Source: Balanoglossus misakiensis | Lineage: Eukaryota; Animalia; Hemichordata | Length of the DNA stretch: 64,000 nucleotides | Reading direction: 5' to 3' | Assembly: GCA_040954595.2 (NCBI GenBank) | Contig: CM082583.2 | Coordinates: 8,418,254-8,482,253 of the forward strand | In this document: piece by piece, positions 10,763-25,700 of the stretch | Layout of the letters: each line of letters opens with the position of its first letter | How positions within the stretch are numbered: position 1 is the first letter of the stretch | Translations under genes and position numbers: made by a program | Notes under the pieces: generated by a model | What the model was told of the DNA's origin: nothing | Database searches by the model: none | What the model saw: only the letters and a program-made list of their open reading frames with translations

Positions 10763-13700
10763 AATTTTCATGAGCTATAACCCATGGTTTTTTCGAAAAA
10801 ATGAAGAAATTTTGATATCTCGGAAAGTCGAAAAATTGTCATTTTTGGACGATTTTCATGGGCTATAACCCATGGTTTTTTCGAAAAAATGAAGAAATTC
10901 TGATATCTCGGAAAGTCGAAAAATTGTCATTTTTGGATGATTTTCATGAGCTATAACCCATGGTTTTTTCGAAAAAATGAAGAAATTTTGATATCTCGGA
11001 AAGTCGAAAAATTGTCATTTTTGGACGATTTTCATGGGCTATAACCCATGGTTTTTTCGAAAAAATGAAGAAATTTTGATATCTCGGAAAGTCGAAAAAT
11101 TGTCATTTTTGGACGATTTTCATGGGCTATAACCCATGGTTTTTTCGAAAAAATGAAGAAATTTTGATATCTCGGAAAGTCGAAAAATTGTCATTTTTGG
11201 AAGATTTTCATGGGCTATAACCCATGGTTTTTTCGAAAAAATGAAGAAATTTTGATATCTCGGGAAGTCGAAAAATTGTCATTTTTGGATGATTTTCATG
11301 GGCTATAACCCATGGTTTTTTCGAAAAAATGAAGAAATTTTGATATCTCGGGAAGTCGAAAAATTGTCATTTTTGGATGATTTTCATGGGCTATAACCCA
11401 TGGTTTTTTCGAAAAAATGAAGAAATTTTGATATCTCGGGAAGTCGAAAAATTGTAATTTTTGGACGATTTTCATGGGCTATAACCCATGGTTTTTTCGA
11501 AAAAATGAAGAAATTTTGATATCTCGGAAAGTCGAAAAATTGTCATTTTTGGACGATTTTCATGGGCTATAACCCATGGTTTTTTTCGAAAAAATGAAGA
11601 AATTTTGATATCTAGGAAAGTCGAACAATTGTCATTTTTGGACGATTTTCATGGGCTATAGCCCATGGTTTTTTCGAAAAAATGAAGAAATTTTGATATC
11701 TCGGAAAGTCGAAAAACTGTCATTTTTGGACGATTTTCATGAGCTATAACCCATGTTTTTTTTTCGAAAAAATGAAGAAATTTTGATATCTCGGAAAGTC
11801 GAAAAATTGTCATTTTTGGACGATTTTCATGGGCTATAACCCATGGTTTTTTCGAAAAAATGAAGAAATTTTGATATCTCGGAAAGTCGAAAAATTGTCA
11901 TTTTTGGACGATTTTCATGGGCTATAACCCATGGTTTTTTCGAAAAAATGAAGAAATTCTGATATCTCGGGAAGTCGAAAAATTGTCATTTTTGGACGAT
12001 TTTCATGGGCTATAACCCATGGTTTTTTCGAAAAAATGAAGAAATTTTGATATCTCGGAAAGTCGAAAAATTGTCATTTTTGGACGATTTTCATGGGCTA
12101 TAACCCATGGTTTTTTCGAAAAAATGAAGAAATTCCGATATCTCGGGAAGTCGAAAAATTGTCATTTTTGGACGATTTTCATGGGCTATAACCCATGTTT
12201 TTTTCGAAAAAATGAAGAAATTTTGATATCTCGGAAAGTCGAAAAATTGTCATTTTTGGACGATTTTCATGGGCTATAACCCATGGTTTTTTCGAAAAAA
12301 TGAAGAAATTTTGATATCTCGTAAAGTCGAAAAATTGTCATTTTTGGACGATTTTCATGGGCTATAACCCATGGTTTTTTCGAAAAAATGAAGAAATTTT
12401 GATATCTCGGAAAGTCGAAAAATTGTCATTTTTGGACGATTTTCATGGGCTATAACCCATGGTTTTTTCGAAAAAATGAAGAAATTTTCATATCTTGGAA
12501 AGTCGAAAAATTGTCATTTTTGGACGATTTTCATGGGCTATAACCCATGGTTTTTTCGAAAAAATGAAGAAATTTTGATATCTCGGAAAGTCGAAAAATT
12601 GTCATTTTTGGACGATTTTCATGGGCTATAACCCATGGTTTTTTGAAAAAATGAAGAAATTTTGATATCTCGGAAAGTCGAAAAATTGTCATTTTTGGAC
12701 GATTTTCATGGGCTATAACCCATGGTTTTTTCGAAAAAATGAAGAAATTTTGATATCTCGGAAAGTCGAAAAATTGTCATTTTTGGACGATTTTCATGGG
12801 CTATAACCCATGGTTTTTTCGAAAAAATGAAGAAATTTTGATATCTCGGAAAGTCGAAAAATTGTCATTTTTGGACGATTTTCATGGGCTATAACCCATG
12901 GTTTTTTCGAAAAAATGAAGAAATTTTGATATCTCGGAAAGTCGAAAAATTGTCATTTTTGGACGATTTTCATGGGCTATAACCAATGGTTTTTTCGAAA
13001 AAATGAAGAAATTTTCATATCTCGGAAAGTCGAAAAATTGTCATTTTTGGACGATTTTCATGGGCTATAACCCATGGTTTTTTTGAAAAAATGAAGAAAT
13101 TCTGATATCTCGGGAAGTCGAAAAATTGTCATTTTTGGACGATTTTCATGGGCTATAACCCATGGTTTTTTCGAAAAAATGAAGAAATTCTGATATCTCG
13201 GGAAGTCGAAAAATTGTCATTTTTGGACGATTTTCATGGGCTATAACCCATGGTTTTTTCGAAAAAATGAAGAAATTTTGATATCTCGGAAAGTCGAAAA
13301 ATTGTCATTTTTGGACGATTTTCATGGGCTATAACCCATGGTTTTTTCGAAAAAATGAAGAAATTTTGATATCTCGGAAAGTCGAAAAATTGTCATTTTT
13401 GGACGATTTTCATGGGCTATAACCCATGGTTTTTTCGAAAAAATGAAGAAATTTTGATATCTCGGAAATTCGAAAAATTGTCATTTTTGGACGATTTTCA
13501 TGGGCTATAACCCATGGTTTTTTCGAAAAAATGAAGAAATTCTGATATCTCGGGAAGTCGAAAAATTGTCATTTTTGGACGATTTTCATGGGCTATAACC
13601 CATGGTTTTTTCGAACAAATGAAGAAATTTTGATATCTCGGGAAGTCGAAAAATTGTCATTTTTGGACGATTTTCATGGGCTATAACCCATGGTTTTTTC

Positions 13701-16700
13701 GAACAAATGAAGAAATTTTGATATCTCGGGAAGTCGAAAAATTGTCATTTTTGGACGATTTTCATGGGCTATAACCCATGGTTTTTTCGAAAAAATGAAG
13801 AAATTTGGATATCTCGGAAAGTCGAAAAATTGTCATTTTCGGACGATTTTCATGGGCTATAACCCATGGTTTTTTCGAAAAAATGAAGAAATTTTGATAT
13901 CTCGGAAAGTCGAAAAATTGTCATTTTTGGACGATTTTCATGAGCTATAACCCATGGTTTTTTCGAAAAAATGAAGAAATTTTGATATCTCGGAAAGTCG
14001 AAAAATTGTCATTTTTGGACGATTTTCATGAGCTATAACCCATGGTTTTTTCGAAAAAATGAAGAAATCTTGATATCTCGGAAAGTCGAAAAATTGTCAT
14101 TTTTGGACGATTTTCATGGGCTATAACCCATGTTTTTTTCGAAAAAATGAAGAAATTTTGATATCTCGGAAAGTCGAAAAATTGTCATTTTTGGACGATT
14201 TTCATGGGCTATAACCCATGTTTTTTTCGAAAAAATGAAGAAATTTTGATATCTCGGAAAGTCGAAAAATTGTCATTTTTGGACGATTTTCATGGGCTAT
14301 AACCCATGTTTTTTTCGAAAAAATGAAGAAATTCTGATATCTCGGAAAGTCGAAAAATTGTCATTTTTGGACGATTTTCATGGGCTATAACCCATGGTTT
14401 TTTCGAAAAAATGAAGAAATTTTGATATCTCGGAAAGTCGAAAAATTGTCATTTTTGGACGATTTTCATGGGCTATAACCCATGGTTTTTTCGAAAAAAT
14501 GAAGAAATTTTGATATCTCGGAAAGTCGAAAAATTGTCATTTTTGGACGATTTTCATGAGCTATAACCCATGGTTTTTTCGAAAAAATGAAGAAATTTTG
14601 ATATCTCGGAAAGTCGAAAAATTGTCATTTTTGGACGATTTTCATGAGCTATAACCCATGGTTTTTTCGAAAAAATGAAGAAATCTTGATATCTCGGAAA
14701 GTCGAAAAATTGTCATTTTTGGACGATTTTCATGGGCTATAACCCATGTTTTTTTCGAAAAAATGAAGAAATTTTGATATCTCGGAAAGTCGAAAAATTG
14801 TCATTTTTGGACGATTTTCATGGGCTATAACCCATGTTTTTTTCGAAAAAATGAAGAAATTCTGATATCTCGGGAAGTCGAAAAATTGTCATTTTTGGAC
14901 GATTTTCATGGGCTATAACCCATGGTTTTTTCGAAAAAATGAAGAAATTTTGATATCTCGGAAAGTCGAAAAATTGTCATTTTTGGACGATTTTCATGGG
15001 CTATAACCCATGGTTTTTTCGAAAAAATGAAGAAATTTTGATATCTCGGAAAGTCGAAAAATTGTCATTTTTGGACGATTTTCATGGGCTATAACCCATG
15101 GTTTTTTCGAAAAAATGAAGAAATTTTGATATCTCGGAAAGTCGAAAAATTGTCATTTTTGGACGATTTTCATGGGCTATAACCCATGGTTTTTTCGAAA
15201 AAATGAAGAAATTTTGATATCTCGGAAAGTCGAAAAATTGTCATTTTTGGACGATTTTCATGGGCTATAACCCATGGTTTTTTTCGAAAAAATGAAGAAA
15301 TTTTGATATCTCGGAAAGTCGAAAAATTGTCATTTTTGGACGATTTTCATGGGCTATAACCCATGGTTTTTTCGAAAAAATGAAGAAATTTTGATATCTC
15401 GGAAAGTCGAAAAATTGTCATTTTTAGACGATTTTCATGGGCTATAACCCATGGTTTTTTCGAAAAAATGAAGAAATTTTGATATCTCGGAAAGTCGAAA
15501 AATTGTCATTTTTGGACGATTTTCATGGGCTATAACCCATGGTTTTTTCGAAAAAATGAAGAAATTTTGATATCTCGTAAAGTCGAAAAATTGTCATTTT
15601 TGGACGATTTTCATGGGCTATAACCCATGGTTTTTTCGAAAAAATGAAGAAATTTTGATATCTCGGAAAGTCGAAAAATTGTCATTTTTGGACGATTTTC
15701 ATGGGCTATAACCCATGGTTTTTTCGAAAAAATGAAGAAATTTTCATATCTTGGAAAGTCGAAAAATTGTCATTTTTGGACGATTTTCATGGGCTATAAC
15801 CCATGGTTTTTTCGAAAAAATGAAGAAATTTTGATATCTCGGAAAGTCGAAAAATTGTCATTTTTGGACGATTTTCATGGGCTATAACCCATGGTTTTTT
15901 GAAAAAATGAAGAAATTTTGATATCTCGGAAAGTCGAAAAATTGTCATTTTTGGACGATTTTCATGGGCTATAACCCATGGTTTTTTCGAAAAAATGAAG
16001 AAATTTTGATATCTCGGAAAGTCGAAAAATTGTCATTTTTGGACGATTTTCATGGGCTATAACCCATGGTTTTTTCGAAAAAATGAAGAAATTTTGATAT
16101 CTCGGAAAGTCGAAAAATTGTCATTTTTGGACGATTTTCATGGGCTATAACCCATGGTTTTTTCGAAAAAATGAAGAAATTTTGATATCTCGGAAAGTCG
16201 AAAAATTGTCATTTTTGGACGATTTTCATGGGCTATAACCAATGGTTTTTTCGAAAAAATGAAGAAATTTTCATATCTTGGAAAGTCGAAAAATTGTCAT
16301 TTTTGGACGATTTTCATGGGCTATAACCCATGGTTTTTTCGAAAAAATGAAGAAATTTTGATATCTCGGAAAGTCGAAAAATTGTCATTTTTGGACGATT
16401 TTCATGGGCTATAACCCATGGTTTTTTGAAAAAATGAAGAAATTTTGATATCTCGGAAAGTCGAAAAATTGTCATTTTTGGACGATTTTCATGGGCTATA
16501 ACCCATGGTTTTTTCGAAAAAATGAAGAAATTTTGATATCTCGGAAAGTCGAAAAATTGTCATTTTTGGACGATTTTCATGGGCTATAACCCATGGTTTT
16601 TTCGAAAAAATGAAGAAATTTTGATATCTCGGAAAGTCGAAAAATTGTCATTTTTGGACGATTTTCATGGGCTATAACCCATGGTTTTTTCGAAAAAATG

Positions 16701-19700
16701 AAGAAATTTTGATATCTCGGAAAGTCGAAAAATTGTCATTTTTGGACGATTTTCATGGGCTATAACCAATGGTTTTTTCGAAAAAATGAAGAAATTTTGA
16801 TATCTCGGAAAGTCGAAAAATTGTCATTTTTGGACGATTTTCATGGGCTATAACCCATGGTTTTTTCGAAAAAATGAAGAAATTTTGATATCTCGGAAAG
16901 TCGAAAAATTGTCATTTTTGGACGATTTTCATGGGCTATAACCCATGGTTTTTTCGAAAAAATGAAGAAATTTTGATATCTCGGAAAGTCGAAAAATTGT
17001 CATTTTTGGACGATTTTCATGGGCTATAACCCATGGTTTTTTCGAAAAAATGAAGAAATTTTGATATCTCGGAAAGTCGAAAAATTGTCATTTTTGGACG
17101 ATTTTCATGGGCTATAACCCATGGTTTTTTCGAAAAAATGAAGAAATTTTGATATCTCGGAAAGTCGAAAAATTGTCATTTTTGGACGTTTTTCATGGGC
17201 TATAACCCATGGTTTTTTCGAAAAAATGAAGAAATTTTGATAAATGTATCTCGGAAAGTCGAAAAATTGTCATTTTTGGACGATTTTCATGGGCTATAAC
17301 CCATGGTTTTTTCGAAAAAATGAAGAAATTTTGATATCTCGGAAAGTCGAAAATTTGTCATTTTTGGACGATTTTCATGGGCTATAACCCATGGTTTTTT
17401 TGAAAAAATGAAGAAATTTTGATATCTCGGAAAGTCGAAAAATTGTCATTTTTTGGACGATTTTCATGGGCTATAACCCATGGTTTTTTCGAAAAAATGA
17501 AATTTTGATATCTCGGAAAGTCGAAAAATTGTCATTTTGGACGATTTTGATGGGCTATAACCCATGGTTTTTTCGAAAAAATGAAGAAATTTTGATATCT
17601 CGGAAAGTCAAAAAATTGTCATTTTTGGACGATTTTCATGGGCTATAACCCATGGTTTTTTCGAAAAAATGAAGAAATTCTGATATCTCGGGAAGTCGAA
17701 AAATTGTCATTTTTGGACGATTTTCATGGGCTATAACCCATGGTTTTTTCGAAAAAATGAAGAAATTCTGATATCTCGGGAAGTCGAAAAATTGTCATTT
17801 TTGGACGATTTTCATGGGCTATAACCCATGGTTTTTTCGAAAAAATGAAGAAATTTTGATATCTCGGAAAGTCGAAAAATTGTCATTTTTGGACGATTTT
17901 CATGGGCTATAACCCATGGTTTTTTGAAAAAATGAAGAAATTTTGATATCTCGGAAAGTCGAAAAATTGTCATTTTTGGACGTTTTTCATGGGCTATAAC
18001 CCATGGTTTTTTCGAAAAAATGAAGAAATTTTGATATCTCGGAAAGTCGAAAAATTGTCATTTTTGGACGATTTTCATGGGCTATAACCCATGGTTTTTT
18101 CGAAAAAATGAAGAAATTTTGATATCTCGGAAAGTCGAAAAATTGTCATTTTTGGACGATTTTCATGGGCTATAACCCATGGTTTTTTCGAAAAAATGAA
18201 GAAATTTTGATATCTCGGAAAGTCGAAAAATTGTCATTTTTGGACGATTTTCATGGGCTATAACCCATGGTTTTTTCGAAAAAATGAAGAAATTTTGATA
18301 TCTCGGAAAGTCGAAAAATTGTCATTTTTGGACGATTTTCATGGGCTATAACCCATGGTTTTTTCGAAAAAATGAAGAAATTTTGATATCTCGGAAAGTC
18401 AAAAAATTGTCATTTTTGGACGATTTTCATGGGCTATAACCCATGGTTTTTTCGAAAAAATGAAGAAATTTTGATTTCTCGGGAAGTCGAAAAATTGTCA
18501 TTTTTGGACGATTTTCATGGGCTATAACCCATGGTTTTTTCGAACAAATGAAAAAATTCTGATATCTCGGGAAGTCGTAAAATTGTCATTTTTGGACGAT
18601 TTTCATGGGCTATAACCCATGGTTTTTTCGAACAAATGAAGAAATTTTGATATCTCGGAAAGTCGAAAAATTGTCATTTTCGGACGATTTTCATGGGCTA
18701 TAACCCATGGTTTTTTCGAAAAAATGAAGAAATTTGGATATCTCGGAAAGTCGAAAAATTGTCATTTTTGGACGATTTTCATGGGCTATAACCCATGGTT
18801 TTTTTCGAAAAAATGAAGAAATTTTAATATCTCGGAAAGTCGAAAAATTGTCATTTTTGGACGATTTTCATGAGCTATAACCCATGGTTTTTTCGAAAAA
18901 ATGAAGAAATTTTGATATCTCGGAAAGTCGAAAAATTGTCATTTTGGACGATTTTCATGGGCTATAACCCATGGTTTTTTCGAAAAAATGAAGAAATTTT
19001 GATATCTCGGAAAGTCGAAAAATTGTCATTTTTGGACGATTTTCATGGGCTATAACCCATGGTTTTTTCGAAAAAATGAAGAAATTTTGATATCTCGGAA
19101 AGTCGAAAAATTGTCATTTTTGGACGATTTTCATGGGCTATAACCCATGGTTTTTTCGAAAAAATGAAGAAATTTTGATATCTCGGGAAGTCGAAAAATT
19201 GTCATTTTTGGACGATTTTCATGGGCTATAACCCATGGTTTTTTCGAAAAAATGAAGAAATTCTGATATCTCGGGAAGTCGAAAAATTGTCATTTTTGGA
19301 CGATTTTCATGGGCTATAACCCATGGTTTTTTCGAAAAAATGAAGAAATTTTGATATCTCGGAAAGTCGAAAAATTGTCATTTTTGGACGATTTTCATGG
19401 GCTATAACCCATGGTTTTTTCGAAAAAATGAAGAAATTTTGATATCTCGGGAAGTCGAAAAATTGTCATTTTTGGACGATTTTCATGGGCTATAACCCAT
19501 GGTTTTTTCGAAAAAATGAAGAAATTTTGATATCTCGGAAAGTCGAAAAATTGTCATTTTTGGACGATTTTCATGGGCTATAACCCATGTTTTTTTCGAA
19601 AAAATGAAGAAATTTTGATATCTCGGAAAGTCGTAAAATTGTCATTTTTGGACGATTTTCATGGGCTATAACCCATGGTTTTTTCGAACAAATGAAGAAA

Positions 19701-22700
19701 TTTGGATATCTCGGGAAGTCGAAAAATTGTCATTTTCGGACGATTTTCATGGGCTATAACCCATGGTTTTTTCGAAAAAATGAAGAAATTTGGATATCTC
19801 GGAAAGTCGAAAAATTGTCATTTTTGGACGATTTTCATGGGCTATAACCCATGGTTTTTTTCGAAAAAATGAAGAAATTTTAATATCTCGGAAAGTCGAA
19901 AAATTGTCATTTTTGGACGATTTTCATGAGCTATAACCCATGGTTTTTTCGAAAAAATGAAGAAATTTTGATATCTCGGAAAGTCGAAAAATTGTCATTT
20001 TTGGACGATTTTCATGAGCTATAACCCATGGTTTTTTCGAAAAAATGAAGAAATCTTGATATCTCGGAAAGTCGAAAAATTGTCATTTTTGGACGATTTT
20101 CATGGGCTATAACCCATGTTTTTTTCGAAAAAATGAAGAAATTTTGATATCTCGGAAAGTCGAAAAATTGTCATTTTTGGACGATTTTCATGGGCTATAT
20201 AACCCATGTTTTTTTCGAAAAAATGAAGAAATCTTGATATCTCGGAAAGTCGAAAAATTGTCATTTTTGGACGATTTTCATGGGCTATAACCCATGTTTT
20301 TTTCGAAAAAATGAAGAAATTCTGATATCTCGGAAAGTCGAAAAATTTTCATTTTTGGACGATTTTCATGGGCTATAACCCATGGTTTTTTCGAAAAAAT
20401 GAAGAAATTTTGATATCTCGGAAAGTCGAAAAATTGTCATTTTTGGACGATTTTCATGGGCTATAACCCATGGTTTTTTCGAAATAATGAAGAAATTTTG
20501 ATATCTCGGAAAGTCGAAAAATTGTCATTTTTGGACGATTTTCATGGGCTATAACCCATGGTTTTTTCGAAAAAATGAAGAAATTTTGATATCTCGGAAA
20601 GTCGAAAAATTGTCATTTTTGGACGATTTTCATGGGCTATAACCCATGTTTTTTTCGAATAAATGAAGAAATTTTGATATTTCGGAAAGTCGAAAAATTG
20701 TCATTTTTGGACGATTTTCATGGGCTATAACCCATGGTTTTTTCGAAAAAATGAAGAAATTTTGATATCTCGGAAAGTCGAAAAATTGTCATTTTTGGAC
20801 GATTTTCATGGGCTATAACCCATGGTTTTTTCGAAAAAATGAAGAAATTTTGATATCTCGGAAAGTCGAAAAATTGTCATTTTTGGACGATTTTCATGGG
20901 CTATAACCCATGGTTTTTTCGAAAAAATGAAGAAATTTTGATATCTCGGAAAGTCGAAAAATTGTCATTTTTGGACGATTTTCATGGGCTATAACCCATG
21001 GTTTTTTCGAAAAAATGAAGAAATTTTGATATCTCGGAAAGTCGAAAAATTGTCATTTTTGGACGATTTTCATGGGCTATAACCCATGGTTTTTTCGAAA
21101 AAATGAAGAAATTTTGATATCTCGGAAAGTCGAAAAATTGTCATTTTTGGACGATTTTCATGGGCTATAACCCATGGTTTTTTCGAAAAAATGAAGAAAT
21201 TTTGATATCTCGGAAAGTCGAAAAATTGTCATTTTTGGACGATTTTCATGGGCTATAACCCATGGTTTTTTCGAAAAAATGAAGAAATTTTGATATCTCG
21301 GAAAGTCGAAAAATTGTCATTTTTGGACGATTTTCATGGGCTATAACCCATGGTTTTTTCGAAAAAATGAAGAAATTTTGATATCTCGGAAAGTCGAAAA
21401 ATTGTCATTTTTGGACGATTTTCATGGGCTATAACCCATGGTTTTTTCGAAAAAATGAAGAAATTTTGATATCTCGGAAAGTCGAAAAATTGTCATTTTT
21501 GGACGATTTTCATGGGCTATAACCCATGGTTTTTTCGAAAAAATGAAGAAATTTTGATATCTCGGAAAGTCGAAAAATTGTCATTTTTGGACGATTTTCA
21601 TGGGCTATAACCCATGGTTTTTTCGAAAAAATGAAGAAATTTTGATATCTCGGAAAGTCGAAAAATTGTCATTTTTGGACGATTTTCATGGGCTATAACC
21701 CATGGTTTTTTCGAAAAAATGGAGAAATTTTGATATCTCGGAAAGTCGAAAAATTGTCATTTTTGGACGATTTTCATGGGCTATAACCCATGTTTTTTTC
21801 GAAAAAATGAAGAAATTTTGATATCTCGGAAAGTCGAAAAATTGTCATTTTTGGACGATTTTCATGGGCTATAACCCATGGTTTTTTCGAAAAAATGAAG
21901 AAATTTTGATATCTCGGAAAGTCGAAAAATTGTCATTTTTGGACGATTTTCATGGGCTATAACCCATGGTTTTTTCGAAAAAATGAAGAAATTTTGATAT
22001 CTCGGAAAGTCGAAAAATTGTCATTTTTGGACGATTTTCATGGGCTATAACCCATGGTTTTTTCGAAAAAATGAAGAAATTTTGATATCTCGGAAAGTCG
22101 AAAAATTGTCATTTTTGGACGATTTTCATGGGCTATAACCCATGGTTTTTTCGAAAAAATGAAGAAATTTTGATATCTCGGAAAGTCGAAAAATTGTCAT
22201 TTTTGGACGATTTTCATGGGCTATAACCCATGGTTTTTTCGAAAAAATGAAGAAATTTTGATATCTCGGAAAGTCGAAAAATTGTCATTTTTGGACGATT
22301 TTCATGGGCTATAACCCATGGTTTTTTCGAAAAAATGAAGAAATTTGGATATCTCGGAAAGTCGAAAAATTGTCATTTTTGGACGTTTTTCATGGGCTAT
22401 AACCCATGGTTTTTTCGAAAAAATGAAGAAATTTGGATATCTCGGAAAGTCGAAAAATTGTCATTTTTGGACGATTTTCATGGGCTATAACCCATGGTTT
22501 TTTCGAAAAAATGAAGAAATTTTGATATCTCGGAAAGTCGAAAAATTGTCATTTTTGGACGATTTTCATGAGCTATAACCCATGGTTTTTTCGAAAAAAT
22601 GAAGAAATTTTGATATCTCGGAAAGTCGAAAAATTGTCATTTTTGGACGATTTTCATGGGCTATAACCCATGTTTTTTTCGAAAAAATGAAGAAATTTTG

Positions 22701-25700
22701 ATATCTCGGAAAGTCGAAAAATTGTCGTTTTTGGACGATTTTCATGGGCTATAACCCATGGTTTTTTCGAAAAAATGAAGAAATTTTGATGTCTCGGAAA
22801 GTCGAAAAATTGTCATTTTTGGACGATTTTCATGAGCTATAACCCATGGTTTTTTCGAAAAAATGAAGAAATTTTGATATCTCGGAAAGTCGAAAAATTG
22901 TCATTTTTGGACGATTTTCATGGGCTATAACCCATGGTTTTTTCGAAAAAATGAAGAAATTTTGATATCTCGGAAAGTCGAAAAATTGTCATTTTTGGAC
23001 GATTTTCATGGGCTATAACCCATGGTTTTTTCGAAAAAATGAAGAAATTTGGATATCTCGGAAAGTCGAAAAATTGTCATTTTTGGACGATTTTCATGGG
23101 CTATAACCCATGGTTTTTTCGAAAAAATGAAGAAATTTTGATATCTCGGAAAGTCGAAAAATTGTCATTTTTGGACGATTTTCATGGGCTATAACCCATG
23201 GTTTTTTCGAAAAAATGAAGAAATTTTGATATCTCGGAAAGTCGAAAAATTGTCATTTTTGGACGATTTTCATGGGCTATAACCCATGGTTTTTTCGAAA
23301 AAATGAAGAAATTTTGATGTCTCGGAAAGTCGAAAAATTGTCATTTTTGGACGATTTTCATGGGCTATAACCCATGGTTTTTTCGAAAAAATGAAGAAAT
23401 TTTGATATCTCGGAAAGTCGAAAAATTGTCATTTTTGGACGATTTTCATGGGCTATAACCCATGGTTTTTTCGAATAAATGAAGAAATTTTGATATCTCG
23501 GAAAGTCGAAAAATTGTCATTTTTGGACGATTTTCATGGGCTATAACCCATGGTTTTTTCGAATAAATGAAGAAATTTTGATATCTCGGAAAGTCGAAAA
23601 ATTGTCATTTTTGGACGATTTTCATGGGCTATAACCCATGGTTTTTTCGAAAAAATGAAGAAATTTTGATATCTCGGAAAGTCGAAAAATTGTCATTTTT
23701 GGACGATTTTCATGGGCTATAACCCATGGTTTTTTCGAAAAAATGAAGAAATTTTGATATCTCGGAAAGTCGAAAAATTGTCATTTTTGGACGATTTTCA
23801 TGGGCTATAACCCATGGTTTTTTCGAAGAAATGAAGAAATTTTGATATCTCGGAAAGTCGAAAAATTGTCATTTTTGGACGATTTTCATGGGCTATAACC
23901 CATGGTTTTTTCGAAAAAATGAAGAAATTTTGATATCTCGGAAAGTCGAAAAATTGTCATTTTTGGACGATTTTCATGGGCTATAACCCATGGTTTTTTT
24001 TCAAAAAAATGAAGAAATTTTGATATCTCGGAAAGTCGAAAAATTGTCATTTTTGGACGATTTTCATGGGCTATAACCCATGTTTTTTTCGAAAAAATGA
24101 AGAAATTTTGATATCTCGGAAAGTCGAAAAATTGTCATTTTTGGACGATTTTCATGGGCTATAACCCATGGTTTTTTAAAAAAATGAAGAAATTTTGATA
24201 TCTCGGAAAGTCGAAAAATTGTCATTTTTGGACGATTTTCATGGGCTATAACCCATGGTTTTTTCGAAAAAATGAAGAAATTTTGATATCTCGGAAAGTC
24301 GAAAAATTGTCATTTTTGGACGATTTTCATGGGCTATAACCCATGGTTTTTTCGAAAAAATGAAGAAATTTTGATGTCTCGGAAAGTCGAAAAATTGTCA
24401 TTTTTGGACGATTTTCATGAGCTATAACCCATGGTTTTTTCGAAAAAATGAAGAAATTTTGATATCTCGGAAAGTCGAAAAATTGTCATTTTTGGACGAT
24501 TTTCATGAGCTATAACCCATGGTTTTTTCGAAAAAATGAAGAAATTTTGATGTCTCGGAAAGTCGAAAAATTGTCATTTTTGGACGATTTTCATGGGCTA
24601 TAACCCATGGTTTTTTCGAAAAAATGAAGAAATTTTGATGTCTCGGAAAGTCGAAAAATAGTCATTTTTGGACGATTTTCATGGGCTATAACCCATGGTT
24701 TTTTCGAAAAAATGAAGAAATTTTGATATCTCGGAAAGTCGAAAAATAGTCATTTTTGGACGATTTTCATGGGCTATAACCCATGGTTTTTTCGAAAAAA
24801 TGAAGAAATTTTGATATCTCGGAAAGTCGAAAAATAGTCATTTTTGGACGATTTTCATGGGCTATAACCCATGGTTTTTTCGAAAAAATGAAGAAATTTT
24901 GATATCTCGGAAAGTCGAAAAATTGTCATTTTTGGACGATTTTCATGGGCTATAACCCATGGTTTTTTCGAAAAAATGAAGAAATTTTGATATCTCGGAA
25001 AGTCGAAAAATTGTCATTTTTGGACGATTTTCATGGGCTATAACCCATGGTTTTTTCGAAAAAATGAAGAAATTTTGATATCTCGGAAAGTCGAAAAATT
25101 GTCATTTTTGGACGATTTTCATGGGCTATAACCCATGGTTTTTTCGAAAAAATGAAGAAATTTTGATATCTCGGAAAGTCGAAAAATTGTCATTTTTGGA
25201 CGATTTTCATGGGCTATAACCCATGGTTTTTTTCGAAAAAATGAAGAAATTTTGATATCTCGGAAAGTCGAAAAATTGTCATTTTTGGACGATTTTCATG
25301 GGCTATAACCCATGTTTTTTTCGAAAAAATGAAGAAATTTTGATATCTCGGAAAGTCGAAAAATTGTCATTTTTGGACGATTTTCATGGGCTATAACCCA
25401 TGGTTTTTTAAAAAAATGAAGAAATTTTGATATCTCGGAAAGTCGAAAAATTGTCATTTTTGGACGATTTTCATGGGCTATAACCCATGGTTTTTTCAAA
25501 AAAATGAAGAAATTTTGATATCTCGGAAAGTCGAAAAATTGTCATTTTTGGACGATTTTCATGGGCTATAACCCATGGTTTTTTCGAAAAAATGAAGAAA
25601 TTTTGATATCTCGGAAAGTCGAAAAATTGTCATTTTTGGACGATTTTCATGAGCTATAACCCATGGTTTTTTCGAAAAAATGAAGAAATTTTGATATCTC

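Noticed and set aside
10875-10920. CENP-B box in the satellite monomer
   Set aside because: TTCG is present but the required downstream A..CGGG spacing is not
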